Source of the DNA: a virus | Lineage: Duplodnaviria; Caudoviricetes | Reading direction: 5' to 3' (one strand) | IMG/VR virus record: IMGVR_UViG_2687453341_000008 | DNA: 64,000 bases | Position numbers and translations under genes: made by a program | The notes under the pieces: model-generated | The model's database searches: none | What the model was told of the DNA's origin: nothing | Seen by the model: the letters and a program-made list of their open reading frames with translations, nothing else | Shown here: positions 30,434 to 40,064 of the stretch, one piece after another | Layout: every line of letters starts with the position of its first letter | Numbering within the stretch: the first letter of the stretch is position 1

Positions 30434-31114
30434 TCATTCGTCGCTAGGATTCTCTGCAGGCATTTCCCCAGACGGTTTTGGGGGTTTGGAGGATGCGTTG
30501 TATAGATTACACCCTAAATGCCAAACTTCTAAACATTCGCCCGATGAATGCTCATGCTTGCTAATAAAAGACCATTTTGCCGAATGATCACAACAATCAG
30601 TCACTTGGTCGCAAGGCCTTTTCTCGTCCATCTGTGATCGCAACCGTTCCATTTTGTGCTTGATCTTATCTTCCGTGAAATAGACCAGCAGCAAACCTCG
30701 CCCCTCGCGTCCTGTAGAATAACGCGAAACCAATTGCGAAACTCCACCACTATGCCAAGAAAATGATTTGTATTTCTTAGCTTCGCCGAGCACACGCCTC
30801 TCTGATTGAAAAAGGCATGCTCTAAACGTCAAATCAACATGTCCGTTTGTGAACTCTTCGCGAGTAACAATTAGTGCACTGGATTTATTAATTGACTTCA
30901 CAAAAATTGCACTTAACTGATCCTCGCTCAACGAAGAGAATAGCTTTGCATCGCGTTCCAAATCGTCAACTGCTTCAAGTACTAAAGCAGCAAAAGCATC
31001 ATTAAACTCTAGATCGCTACTTGCAGCTACGAGACGTTTATGCTTACCTGGAAGCTTTTCCGCGAAAACCAGGAAGCAGTCTTCGTATCGAATTTCGGAA
31101 GGAATTTCACTCAT
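30434..31114 (-). CDS. PD-(D/E)XK nuclease-like protein, translationally coupled to the Type ISP gene
   Basis: REE..NGHVDL...GEAKK...QL..RY motif; ATGA overlap at 31111-31114. Confidence 0.65.
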   Translation of the reverse strand: MSEIPSEIRYEDCFLVFAEKLPGKHKRLVAASSDLEFNDAFAALVLEAVDDLERDAKLFSSLSEDQLSAIFVKSINKSSALIVTREEFTNGHVDLTFRACLFQSERRVLGEAKKYKSFSWHSGGVSQLVSRYSTGREGRGLLLVYFTEDKIKHKMERLRSQMDEKRPCDQVTDCCDHSAKWSFISKHEHSSGECLEVWHLGCNLYNASSKPPKPSGEMPAENPSDE

Positions 31115-34100
31115 TCTGTTACTCCCGAATCATCACACCCGATAAGCCAGCTCACCTCGATTTCTCGAGCAAACTCAATCCAAGTTGACTCTTTTAGTTC
31201 GTTTCTGGCCCACATAGCCAGCATTCTCCTGATCTCGTTGTCAGGGACCGACTCAAAACGGCCTCTCACTAAGCGCCGAAACTCGAGGCGAGAAGAATCT
31301 GCAGCATTTCCAGTTAGAATCCCGAGAACAGTACGCACTTCCTCGTTGGAGACATTCGCTTGTCGAGCAACCTCATCAATCTGCGATAAACGTAAGCGGC
31401 CATCAGTTAGGTTATTGCATATAGATCGATAGATTTGAATGTGTTTCGGGCTGTCTCCGATTTGGCTTACCAAAAAATCTAAACGCGAATCGATCGCTTT
31501 TGGAGAAACAGTTCCCACGTCCAAACGTGGAAGTCCCGCCACAATGCGGTTCGTCTCGAGGCTGACTGCAATGACGCGAAGGAGAAGCTCGAGAGGGTAG
31601 GCAGCGTTGTTCATTGTCTCGATCGCCCAAAGGTTGGCGTCATTCACAATGCCGCTGTCTTTGTCACTGGCCACGGCTTGACGTTCAATTACCCACTCAA
31701 TCGCACTCTTGCCGTTGACAGTGTAATCGTAAGCTTCCAGAGGAATATTGGTAATGGTAATGTATTCGTTGTATATGACAGTGCTGCGATCCGTGATAAC
31801 CTTGCCTGTCACAGGGTCTTTAACCTTGGCGAATTTCATTTTGCGAACATAAAATTGCTCGTCTTTAAGTTTTCTAAGAAGCTTGTCGTGCTTTGCCCCT
31901 CGGTGGTCGATCGTTCCGCAAGTGCTATCAGCGAGTTGAACTGTCGCTGGATAGCAGTCAACGCTTTCGTATTCTAGATGCCAACGTGCCAAATAGCGAC
32001 CAGCTTTGGAAAATGAAACAAAATCCTCAAATTGCTTCACTGCAGGAATTCTTGGAAACTCTTTGGCAAGATTGTCCTTATATCGCTCACGGTACTCATG
32101 TGAGTGTAGCAAACCGTAGACATAGTAGAACAAGTCTTCTTTGGTAATGGATGAAGTTGCATAAGCGCGATTGAAATGTAGCAAACTATCGTCAGATAAC
32201 GCGTATTCTCTGCGTACCGAACTATCCTCAGCTTTGAAGAGTGGACGATCGAGGTGCGGGGCCGATTCATAAAGGTAAAGGGGAAGATGCTGTACCGCGG
32301 CCGGGCCGTGTTGAAGGGCCACGAGCTCATTGCTAATAAAGCATGAAAATGGAACCGTCGCGCCGATCCCGGTGAACCACAGAACCAAATTGCGTTCACT
32401 GGTGGGGAAGAACGAAGGGATCTTAGACATTACTTCAATCAGTGGTGGATCAAGATAGACCCACTGCCTGAAAAATGGTCGATAGGTCGCGATTCTAGCC
32501 CCAGACGGTGAATAGTTGAGTTCCCTGTGCTTAAGGAGACGTTCTCGCAGCCCTCGTGTCCAACTAATTCGCGTTGAATCGTTTGTCGTTTCAAACTGAT
32601 CTGCTGGTTTGTTGCTTCTTTTGAGCCTTTCTAGCTCTTTAGAATAGAAATCGATAGAGGAGGTTACATTTGCAAGAAGTACTTGCTTTGAACTGTTAAA
32701 CGCCCATGCGTCCCGGTTAGATTTAATTCCTCCAGAATGTTCATTGAATATTCGAGCTGATTCAGAAAGGTCTCTCCCAGCGATAGCGAGGAAAGTACCA
32801 AAAGATGAATCGCGTTGTTTTATCCAATCGCCGTGAGAATCAGGAGTGATAGTCTTCCAGTCTATAGCATCTCGAATACTACTTTCTGAACCGATTGATA
32901 TCGTAAAATCGCGAAGCTTCGAAAGCTTTTCTTCTCGAGATAAATAGTCTCCAATGTCATGCCAGAGAATCTCGCTAGCTCCAGTATTTTTTCCGCGTTT
33001 GACCAGAAGAATGATGGCAATAGGCGCTCGACTACCGCTCCCAAAAATTTTGCCACCTTCGCGTCGCGACAATTCTCCGGAGGTTCTCTGGTTTCCTCTT
33101 AGGTGAAGAACATAAATACGGCTGAACTCCTCGCTTAGGCATTTTCGCAAGCCGCTCCCGCTTGCCGAGTCAGTGAATCCCGCATTTACTACAAATCCAA
33201 TTATTCCGTCGCTGGCCACTCTATCGCTTGCCCATCTGATAGCGCGGATGTAGGAGTCGTATAGTGAATTCTTCAATATTGCGTCCGTGCCTACAGAATA
33301 TGTTTCTGAAATTCGAGCATCGAGTGCTCTATATTTTACGTTCTGGTTCCCATCGTTAGCACTTTCCTGGCCAACTGAGTACGGCGGGTTTCCAAAAATT
33401 ACCCTAATGTCAAGCTTCTTCTGTCGCTTTCGACGATTGCTGTTGTCCGGGAAGAAGTCAGCGAACTTGTCGTCGTCCTCGTACATTGCAAAGGTGTCAG
33501 CAAGCAGGATTCCTTCGAAGGGCTGATAAGATGAAGACCTTTTGCCAAGTTCATGGGATTTCTCGACTAGTATACTGTGATAGACTGCTTCGATATTGAT
33601 TGCAGCGAGATAGTAGGCGAGCAGGACGATCTCGTTGCAGTGAATCTCGTGCTTGTATTTGTGAGGCATTTCTTCGGGTGTAATTAGACCGCTCTGCAAT
33701 AATCGCGTTATGAAAGTCCCAGTACCAACAAACGGATCGAGAATGTGAACGCCTTTGCTGCCAAGCGAGACTCCGAATTCGCTTTGCAAGATGTCGTTGA
33801 CGCTGTGGATGATGAAATCAACAACCTCCACTGGCGTGTAGACAATACCCAGTCGCTCGGTCATTTTGGGGAACGCATTGCGGAAGAACTTGTCGTAGAG
33901 TTCCACAACTATCTTCTGCTTGCCTTCAGCTTTGTCGATTCCGGCAGCTCGCCTGCGTACGGATTCATAAAACTGTTCTAGTGTATCTGCCTCCTTGTCC
34001 AGCCTATGCTCATTTAGTAAATCGAGAATGTTTTGCATACCCTTGGAGACAGGATTGTTGCTGGCGAACGAGTAATCAGAAAACAGTGCGTCGAAGACCG

Positions 34101-36471
34101 GCTTTGTTATTAGATGCTGAGCCAGCATTTCAATCACCTCTTCATTGGTGATGCTGTCATTCAGGTCATCACGCAGTTCGTCAGCGAACCGCGAAAATGC
34201 TTCGACTTCTCTCGGATTCTCTGGGTTCTTGAGAATAGCTTTGATACGGCCTATGTGAGTTTGAGCGATCTTAGCTATGTCGCTTGCCCACTCTTCCCAG
34301 TACATTCGATTGCCACACTTCTGCACGAGCCGGGCGTAGAGTGCCTTCTCTAATTCGCCGACTTCAAAGTGCATTCGCAGCTGTTTCGCTTGTGGCTCGA
34401 TGGACTTACTTGCCAGATCAAACTCGCCATTGCCCTTTTTACCAGTCTTACCTTTTGGCTTTGGACTGAGAGAATCTGTGATGGAAATCACTTCCATTCG
34501 ACCTGCTGTACTTTGCATCAAATCAACTTTGTTGATGAAAGCATCGAAGCGATCATCGTGTGAGCGAAGAGCCTGTAATACTTCCCAAACTACTTTGTAG
34601 ACCTTATTGTCGTTGAGCGCCTCGTGAGCTTGCATCCCATGCGGAATTACCACGGGCAGAATGACATATCCTAGTTTCTTGCCTTTGGAGATCCGCATAA
34701 CGCGACCGACCGACTGGACTACTTCAACTTGCGAGCTACGCGGCGAAAGAAATAGCACAGCATCTAGGGCTGGCACGTCGACGCCTTCCGATAGACAGCG
34801 AACATTGCTTAGGATTCGGCAAGTGTTTTCAGGTGGCGATTCCTTTAGCCAACTGATTCTGGCCTCCTTCTCCATGGCATTCATGCTGCCATCGACGTGC
34901 TTTGCTTCGCAGCGTAAGGCAACAGAGGTCTCTTTATTGTTAGCTTGGTAGGCATCGATCACCGACTGGAACATTTCGCTGATCTGTTTTGACGATACTT
35001 TGTGCGATTTGCCAGTTGTGGGTTCGATCACTTGGCAAAAGGCGACGGCTCGCTGCATCGGCGTGGCGTCATTACCTAGTTCACCCCGCAAGTCTTGTTT
35101 ACTGAGGGCCTTCCAGCAACCAATGATGCGTGCTGCGTCGTCGACCTTTAGCTGGTTGTTTTCATCTTTAAGGAGATCTTGCAGACGTGCTGATACGTGG
35201 TCTTCGTCGATTGTCAGTACAATGACTTTGTAGTCGGTAAGCAAACCCAGCTCGACCGCCTCTGAGAATGTAATGACATGGAGTTGCTTGCCGTAGATGG
35301 TTTCATCGTCCATTGAGCATAATGCGATATTCTCTTGAATCGCTTTGGCTTTGGCTACATTCGCATAGATTCGCGGCGTTGCCGTCATATAAAGCCGTTT
35401 TTTTGCTCTAAGGAAATTAGAATCATGGACACGTACAAAGTTTGATTCGATCTCCGATTCAAATGTAGCTCCAGTCGTTCGGTGGGCTTCGTCGCAAATT
35501 ATCAAGTCGAACTCATTCAGATTAAATTTTGATTGCGATTGGTTGATGACCTCGATCGAATGGTAGGTTGAGAAAACAACACTCATGTGCTGGTCATCGT
35601 GTCGCTTTTTCATTTCTTCGGACAATCGCGCTGCATCCGTGGTTGCTGGGTATCGCAACTCATGCACAAATGTTTGAATGACGTCGTCGTCCTTTTTTCG
35701 CTTTTTGCCAACCTCACTGTCTGAGCACACGGCAAAACAGTGCAGCGGAACCTGGCTCTGCTGTGTCCATTCCGTTAATGTTTGTGACAGGAGCGCTAAG
35801 CTCGGAACAAGAAACAAGACTCGCTTATTTTGACCGGCAATCTTCTCTGCGATCTTAAGCGAGGTGTAAGTTTTTCCAGTTCCGCAAGCCATAATCAGCT
35901 TGCCACGATCCGCGTTCTTTAGTCCGGCGAGAACTTTGTCTATCGCAGCTTTTTGGTGCGGTCTTGGTTCGTACTTAGGCTTTAGCGTCGGTTCTTTTTT
36001 CGATTGGAACTTTGACCAGTCGATTTGACTGCTTTCAAAATCGCTTAGCTCGATTGTGCTAACAGGTGGCTGCTGGTTGAATAGAGCAGCTTCCGCATTT
36101 TCTGACCAGCTATCGGAGGTTAAAACGATGATTCGATGAGTAAAAGGCTTTTGACCGGAAGCGGTAAAGAAACTGTCTATATCACCTTTTTGCACGTGGT
36201 AACCTGGGTCGTAAAACTTGCATTGGATCGCGTGGTACTCTCCTGTACCACGAGTCTTTGCAACCAAGTCGATTCCAGTGTCTTTTTTACTGATACCAAC
36301 GCCATCCGGAACATCGCCTAGTAGCCAAACGTCACTGTACAAGTCAGCGTAGACGGGCTCGTGGCGAAGATAGGTCCGCACCAACTCTTCAAAGTAGGTT
36401 CCTTTTTCGCGTTCCGATTTCGAAGCTGTGCGAAAGGAAGAAAGGATCTGCTGGAAAGGCGTTTGCGTCAT
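31111..36471 (-). CDS. Type ISP restriction-modification enzyme (LlaGI/LlaBIII-like) with extra C-terminal domain
   Basis: Mrr nuclease DTGIDL..AIQCK; SF2 helicase MACGTGKT, DEAH, QSVGRVMR; methyltransferase DPFVGTG and NPPY; target recognition domain; about 115 aa extension. Confidence 0.93.
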   Translation of the reverse strand: MTQTPFQQILSSFRTASKSEREKGTYFEELVRTYLRHEPVYADLYSDVWLLGDVPDGVGISKKDTGIDLVAKTRGTGEYHAIQCKFYDPGYHVQKGDIDSFFTASGQKPFTHRIIVLTSDSWSENAEAALFNQQPPVSTIELSDFESSQIDWSKFQSKKEPTLKPKYEPRPHQKAAIDKVLAGLKNADRGKLIMACGTGKTYTSLKIAEKIAGQNKRVLFLVPSLALLSQTLTEWTQQSQVPLHCFAVCSDSEVGKKRKKDDDVIQTFVHELRYPATTDAARLSEEMKKRHDDQHMSVVFSTYHSIEVINQSQSKFNLNEFDLIICDEAHRTTGATFESEIESNFVRVHDSNFLRAKKRLYMTATPRIYANVAKAKAIQENIALCSMDDETIYGKQLHVITFSEAVELGLLTDYKVIVLTIDEDHVSARLQDLLKDENNQLKVDDAARIIGCWKALSKQDLRGELGNDATPMQRAVAFCQVIEPTTGKSHKVSSKQISEMFQSVIDAYQANNKETSVALRCEAKHVDGSMNAMEKEARISWLKESPPENTCRILSNVRCLSEGVDVPALDAVLFLSPRSSQVEVVQSVGRVMRISKGKKLGYVILPVVIPHGMQAHEALNDNKVYKVVWEVLQALRSHDDRFDAFINKVDLMQSTAGRMEVISITDSLSPKPKGKTGKKGNGEFDLASKSIEPQAKQLRMHFEVGELEKALYARLVQKCGNRMYWEEWASDIAKIAQTHIGRIKAILKNPENPREVEAFSRFADELRDDLNDSITNEEVIEMLAQHLITKPVFDALFSDYSFASNNPVSKGMQNILDLLNEHRLDKEADTLEQFYESVRRRAAGIDKAEGKQKIVVELYDKFFRNAFPKMTERLGIVYTPVEVVDFIIHSVNDILQSEFGVSLGSKGVHILDPFVGTGTFITRLLQSGLITPEEMPHKYKHEIHCNEIVLLAYYLAAINIEAVYHSILVEKSHELGKRSSSYQPFEGILLADTFAMYEDDDKFADFFPDNSNRRKRQKKLDIRVIFGNPPYSVGQESANDGNQNVKYRALDARISETYSVGTDAILKNSLYDSYIRAIRWASDRVASDGIIGFVVNAGFTDSASGSGLRKCLSEEFSRIYVLHLRGNQRTSGELSRREGGKIFGSGSRAPIAIILLVKRGKNTGASEILWHDIGDYLSREEKLSKLRDFTISIGSESSIRDAIDWKTITPDSHGDWIKQRDSSFGTFLAIAGRDLSESARIFNEHSGGIKSNRDAWAFNSSKQVLLANVTSSIDFYSKELERLKRSNKPADQFETTNDSTRISWTRGLRERLLKHRELNYSPSGARIATYRPFFRQWVYLDPPLIEVMSKIPSFFPTSERNLVLWFTGIGATVPFSCFISNELVALQHGPAAVQHLPLYLYESAPHLDRPLFKAEDSSVRREYALSDDSLLHFNRAYATSSITKEDLFYYVYGLLHSHEYRERYKDNLAKEFPRIPAVKQFEDFVSFSKAGRYLARWHLEYESVDCYPATVQLADSTCGTIDHRGAKHDKLLRKLKDEQFYVRKMKFAKVKDPVTGKVITDRSTVIYNEYITITNIPLEAYDYTVNGKSAIEWVIERQAVASDKDSGIVNDANLWAIETMNNAAYPLELLLRVIAVSLETNRIVAGLPRLDVGTVSPKAIDSRLDFLVSQIGDSPKHIQIYRSICNNLTDGRLRLSQIDEVARQANVSNEEVRTVLGILTGNAADSSRLEFRRLVRGRFESVPDNEIRRMLAMWARNELKESTWIEFAREIEVSWLIGCDDSGVTE

Positions 36472-36514
36472 GCGATTTTCTCGGATTTTCGATAGAAATT
36501 ACTTGCTTCTACTT

Positions 36515-36730
36515 CTAGCCGTTGACGCGTATCTCCGCTCTCGCGAGGAAATGGTCTAGGTCTGTCCGTTTGAACAGCCGATAACCATTCACTGGATTAC
36601 GGTGCATCGGAATGTCACCGCGAGCCGCCCATTTACGGAGTGTGTTTTGAGCGACACCGATGTACTCGGCCGCCGCTGCGGTTTGTAGGTGTTCGGTTAG
36701 TTTCGGCATCTCAGTTAGGTGATCCGACAT
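36515..36730 (-). CDS. excisionase/MerR-like HTH protein, probable controller of the R-M gene
   Basis: AAAEYIGVAQNTLRKW...RNPVNGYRLF. Confidence 0.8.
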   Translation of the reverse strand: MSDHLTEMPKLTEHLQTAAAAEYIGVAQNTLRKWAARGDIPMHRNPVNGYRLFKRTDLDHFLARAEIRVNG

Positions 36731-37002
36731 GCGGTAGGCAAAGAATCAAGGATCGTCAGTCTAGCAAACCCTTCACTGTCGGGATACTGCCGTTTCCGAG
36801 ACCATTTGGCGGCCCAGTTTACACCCAAAGTAGATGGAGTCGGAGAGTCGCAAGGCACATCAAATCATGCGGGAGAAAACGAGTTGAATGCTCTCCACTC
36901 GGCACTGTAGCATTTTTAGCAGCTAGGGGCTGGACGGCATGAGAATCGCATCGCGAGAGTGCCGAGAGAAGATTGGCGATGAACTAGCTATCATCGTGGG
37001 AA

Positions 37003-37569
37003 CTAATCATCCAAACCAAGCTCAAGTCGCTGCCATTGCGACTCGGTGTTACCGGGTTTAGTCTCTTTCTTTAAATCGATTCGACGCTGGGAAACGAATC
37101 GAAGCACGTCGTCCCGTACCAACTCGTCCGTATCGGGTTGGTAAGTGTATTCGTCGCCATTGAGGCGGATCGCTCCTGTGTGCCGCGCAACACTGAAAAA
37201 GCCGCTGCTCACACCTTGGATCAGGAACGGCGTCCTTCGATGCAGCTTCGAGTCCTGCAATGCCGCAATCTCGTCTTCGCTCAAGAACGATTCCACTTCC
37301 GACTTCCCTCCACAATAGCTGTTCGCCAGCGCAATCAATAGCCTTTCGGAGTCACCCCCACTGATACCTCCGCTGGCCCATGATTCGAGAAGGCGATCTT
37401 CCTCGCGAGGGGTTCTATCGCGCATCGTAAGATGCTGGCAAACCATCCTTAGCTGATCTCGCTCTTGTGATAACCGACTCAAGATTTCGAAGTCGTGTTC
37501 ATTGAGGTTTCTGGAAAGCTCCAGCAGTTCAATTTCTGCAACTGGCCGAGACAGATCATTCAGTTGCAT
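37003..37569 (-). CDS. hypothetical phage protein
   Basis: ORF track; start at ATG 37569. Confidence 0.55.
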   Translation of the reverse strand: MQLNDLSRPVAEIELLELSRNLNEHDFEILSRLSQERDQLRMVCQHLTMRDRTPREEDRLLESWASGGISGGDSERLLIALANSYCGGKSEVESFLSEDEIAALQDSKLHRRTPFLIQGVSSGFFSVARHTGAIRLNGDEYTYQPDTDELVRDDVLRFVSQRRIDLKKETKPGNTESQWQRLELGLDD

Positions 37570-37615
37570 TTGTTGCGCCCTTGGAAAACTGGTTTCGCAT
37601 ATTCTGTAAATCGAT

Positions 37616-37903
37616 TCATCCGCTCCTCTCAAGAACCCTCGGGTCATGGTCATCGATAATGCCCAAAACCGCATTGATCACGTCGTTGTCGACCACCACC
37701 TCCGAAAGTTGATGCCTTTGATGAAGCACTGCATCGCGAATGTCCGTGATCGACGCTGACAGAGCCTCTAGTCTGTCCGCCGCGTCCGAGCACGCTGAGT
37801 TAGCGATTCCATCGTCACACTGAATTTGTGCCGCCAGCACGCGAAGTGCAGCGACAAGGCATTGATCCGAGGCCTTGCGCATTGGCCGTTTTTCTTTTTC
37901 CAT
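37616..37903 (-). CDS. hypothetical phage protein
   Basis: GAGGAG RBS before ATG 37903. Confidence 0.55.
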   Translation of the reverse strand: MEKEKRPMRKASDQCLVAALRVLAAQIQCDDGIANSACSDAADRLEALSASITDIRDAVLHQRHQLSEVVVDNDVINAVLGIIDDHDPRVLERSG

Positions 37904-37988
37904 CTCAATTCTCCTCTGCGCGAGCCTACCCCCGAACCATCGACGATTCAAATAAAACGATATTGATCCCAGCCACCCGACTACTAAC

Positions 37989-38333
37989 TTAAGCCCCCTC
38001 TGCCTTGGCGATCGCTTCCATCGCCTCGATCATGGCTTGATGATTGGTCTTGCCACCAGGCAAAAGCACTTCGTCGTTCGGTGAGCATTTCCACCGGCAG
38101 ATCTCGAGCAACTCGCGAAGCGATTGAAGTAAGTCGGGAGACGCGGCGAACAGACATGCGTTCCCCTCGTTCCATTGCGATGTGCCTCGATCGATCTCAC
38201 CTACATCTGCAAGACAATTCCCGCCCTGACTGCTGCCTCCCGATCGGATGCAAAAGGTTTTCCAGCCGTCGCATCCTTGATAGTTGTCCGACAGCCGTTG
38301 AAGGCCGAAAGGCCCTTGTGAGTGTTTACTCAT
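37989..38333 (-). CDS. phage protein of the KHTPGPW...NARLIAAAP family
   Basis: MSKHSQGPF...NACLFAASPDLL. Confidence 0.7.
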   Translation of the reverse strand: MSKHSQGPFGLQRLSDNYQGCDGWKTFCIRSGGSSQGGNCLADVGEIDRGTSQWNEGNACLFAASPDLLQSLRELLEICRWKCSPNDEVLLPGGKTNHQAMIEAMEAIAKAEGA

Positions 38334-38680
38334 TGTCCCCTTGCTTTCTGCATCACGGCCTGAGCGCGACTGATAGCTCCGACAAGCGTTGTCGCGTCTA
38401 CTTGAAGCCGATCTAAGTCGCGAAGATAGCCCCTCGCTTCAAAAACGAGGTTGTCGAGCTCTTTGAGCAAGTCGGGAGACGCGGCGATCAAGCGCGCGTT
38501 CTTGGTCATTTCTTGGTAATCGATCCGCGATTCCGTCGCGTTGTGATCCCCATCGAAGTCCCATCGCAGCTCAGCAACCACTTTTCCCATGTGCTGTGCT
38601 TTCGGATTTGGGAATGGCTCAGGTGGCCCGACAATAAGCTGGCCGCTGATGTCCCACGGTGCAGATGTGTGTTTATTCAT
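38330..38680 (-). CDS. paralog of the previous gene
   Basis: MNKHTSAPW...NARLIAASPDLL; ATGA overlap. Confidence 0.7.
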   Translation of the reverse strand: MNKHTSAPWDISGQLIVGPPEPFPNPKAQHMGKVVAELRWDFDGDHNATESRIDYQEMTKNARLIAASPDLLKELDNLVFEARGYLRDLDRLQVDATTLVGAISRAQAVMQKARGQ

Positions 38681-38722
38681 AGATTGATCTCATGGAGTGC
38701 GGGGAAACCGCGTGTTGTTTCC

Positions 38723-39028
38723 CTAGAAGTAAATAACCCCGCTCCGGCGAAGTTTCTTCGCCATCCTTCGTGTCGCTTTGTCCATCCGGACCTGCTGCGC
38801 GTGACTCGCCCCACCCACCGTGATACCGTCTTGCTTCACTTCGCCCTTGATATACCGATCGTAGATGTCCGTGGGCTTCACGTCCTTCCGAGTCAATTCC
38901 TCTTTTGCCATGCTGATCCAGTTGCACGCAGCTCGCTCGCTCTCGGTCAGGTTGCAGTACCCTTCTGAGCAAAGCAGGTGGATGGCCTTGCCGATAAGCT
39001 GGCTGGCTTCTCGTACGTGTTTCTTCAT
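38723..39028 (-). CDS. hypothetical phage protein
   Basis: AAGGAG RBS before ATG 39028. Confidence 0.55.
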   Translation of the reverse strand: MKKHVREASQLIGKAIHLLCSEGYCNLTESERAACNWISMAKEELTRKDVKPTDIYDRYIKGEVKQDGITVGGASHAQQVRMDKATRRMAKKLRRSGVIYF

Positions 39029-39065
39029 CCGCAGCAATCTCCTTGTAATGATCCACTCGAACCGG

Positions 39066-39446
39066 TCACGCCTTTGCTTGCTTGTAGCCAATGGTTCGGA
39101 TCCACTTCCTATCCAGGTCGTAGACCCAAACGTCGTCCAGCACGAACACATTGCCGCACCGCAGTTGCAGCACGATTTCATAGAAGCCCTTACCGCCATC
39201 GATCTCCACGAACAGTTTGTGTACTTCCGAAACAGTTGCCACGTAACCGCTCTCGATATTCTTTACACCGAGCCCCATTCGACGATTAGTGTCATGGAAG
39301 TGGACGCAGAGCGCAACGTGGTGCTTCGTATCGCTACCGGCCTCAAACGTTTGCCCAAGGTAATGCCGAGCAATCTCGTCGTCCGACCCGTTGATCGAAG
39401 TTGTGATGGTATCTCCATCGCTCATGTAGACAGTGATTGTTCGCAC
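39066..39446 (-). CDS. hypothetical phage protein
   Basis: DGDTITTSING...IARHYLG; GGGGGG RBS. Confidence 0.6.
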   Translation of the reverse strand: MRTITVYMSDGDTITTSINGSDDEIARHYLGQTFEAGSDTKHHVALCVHFHDTNRRMGLGVKNIESGYVATVSEVHKLFVEIDGGKGFYEIVLQLRCGNVFVLDDVWVYDLDRKWIRTIGYKQAKA

Positions 39447-39481
39447 GATCGCCCCCCCTTATTGTTCTTGCTCTCAACCAA

Positions 39482-40027
39482 CTAGGCCGGATTCATCGCT
39501 GGTTCTTGACGAGCTGCCGCGATTTCTTCGTGGGTGTAGTACTTCTGGGTCGGGTACTGCATCAGGACCGTTTGGGTATCGCCTCCCCGGTGGAACAAGA
39601 CTTCCCACAAACCCGGTGTCTTGCTTGTCCACATGCTTCCGCGGCGCCAGAGATCGGCAACGGATTTTGTATGCCCTATTACCCGCGAAAGGATCTTAGA
39701 CTGGCTCGGCTCACGTAACCACGCCTCGATCGACTTCCATTTGTCGCTTTTCCATGTGGCTCCAGTTCGCGCCATGCTCACAGCACTTTTAAGCTGCTCA
39801 TCGGTCGCCAGCTCGGGCCATCGCAGGTAGACCAACACGGCATGGCAATCTTCTTCGAGCCATTGCGGAAACTTGGCGAACTGAGGGATCGAACAGAACT
39901 CGGAATACCGCTCTTGGCTCAAGTGATACCCACCGTGCCCCGCGGTCGAGTGAAACACAATCCCTGGAGCATGCTCGTGCTGTGACTGGGATGGCCCCCA
40001 CGGGGTTTCAATGATTTGCTGCCTCAT
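39482..40027 (-). CDS. DUF7007-like protein
   Basis: TPWG...APGI.FHSTAGHGG..LS...WLEEDC. Confidence 0.65.
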   Translation of the reverse strand: MRQQIIETPWGPSQSQHEHAPGIVFHSTAGHGGYHLSQERYSEFCSIPQFAKFPQWLEEDCHAVLVYLRWPELATDEQLKSAVSMARTGATWKSDKWKSIEAWLREPSQSKILSRVIGHTKSVADLWRRGSMWTSKTPGLWEVLFHRGGDTQTVLMQYPTQKYYTHEEIAAARQEPAMNPA

Positions 40028-40064
40028 CGCCTATGAATCCTCTGACTAAAAACCTTGTGAATGT

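Noticed and set aside
38131..38487. 19-bp direct repeat AAGTCGGGAGACGCGGCGA as an att site or DGR repeat
   Set aside because: It is the conserved AASPDL codons of two tandem paralogs. No reverse transcriptase or integrase is present.
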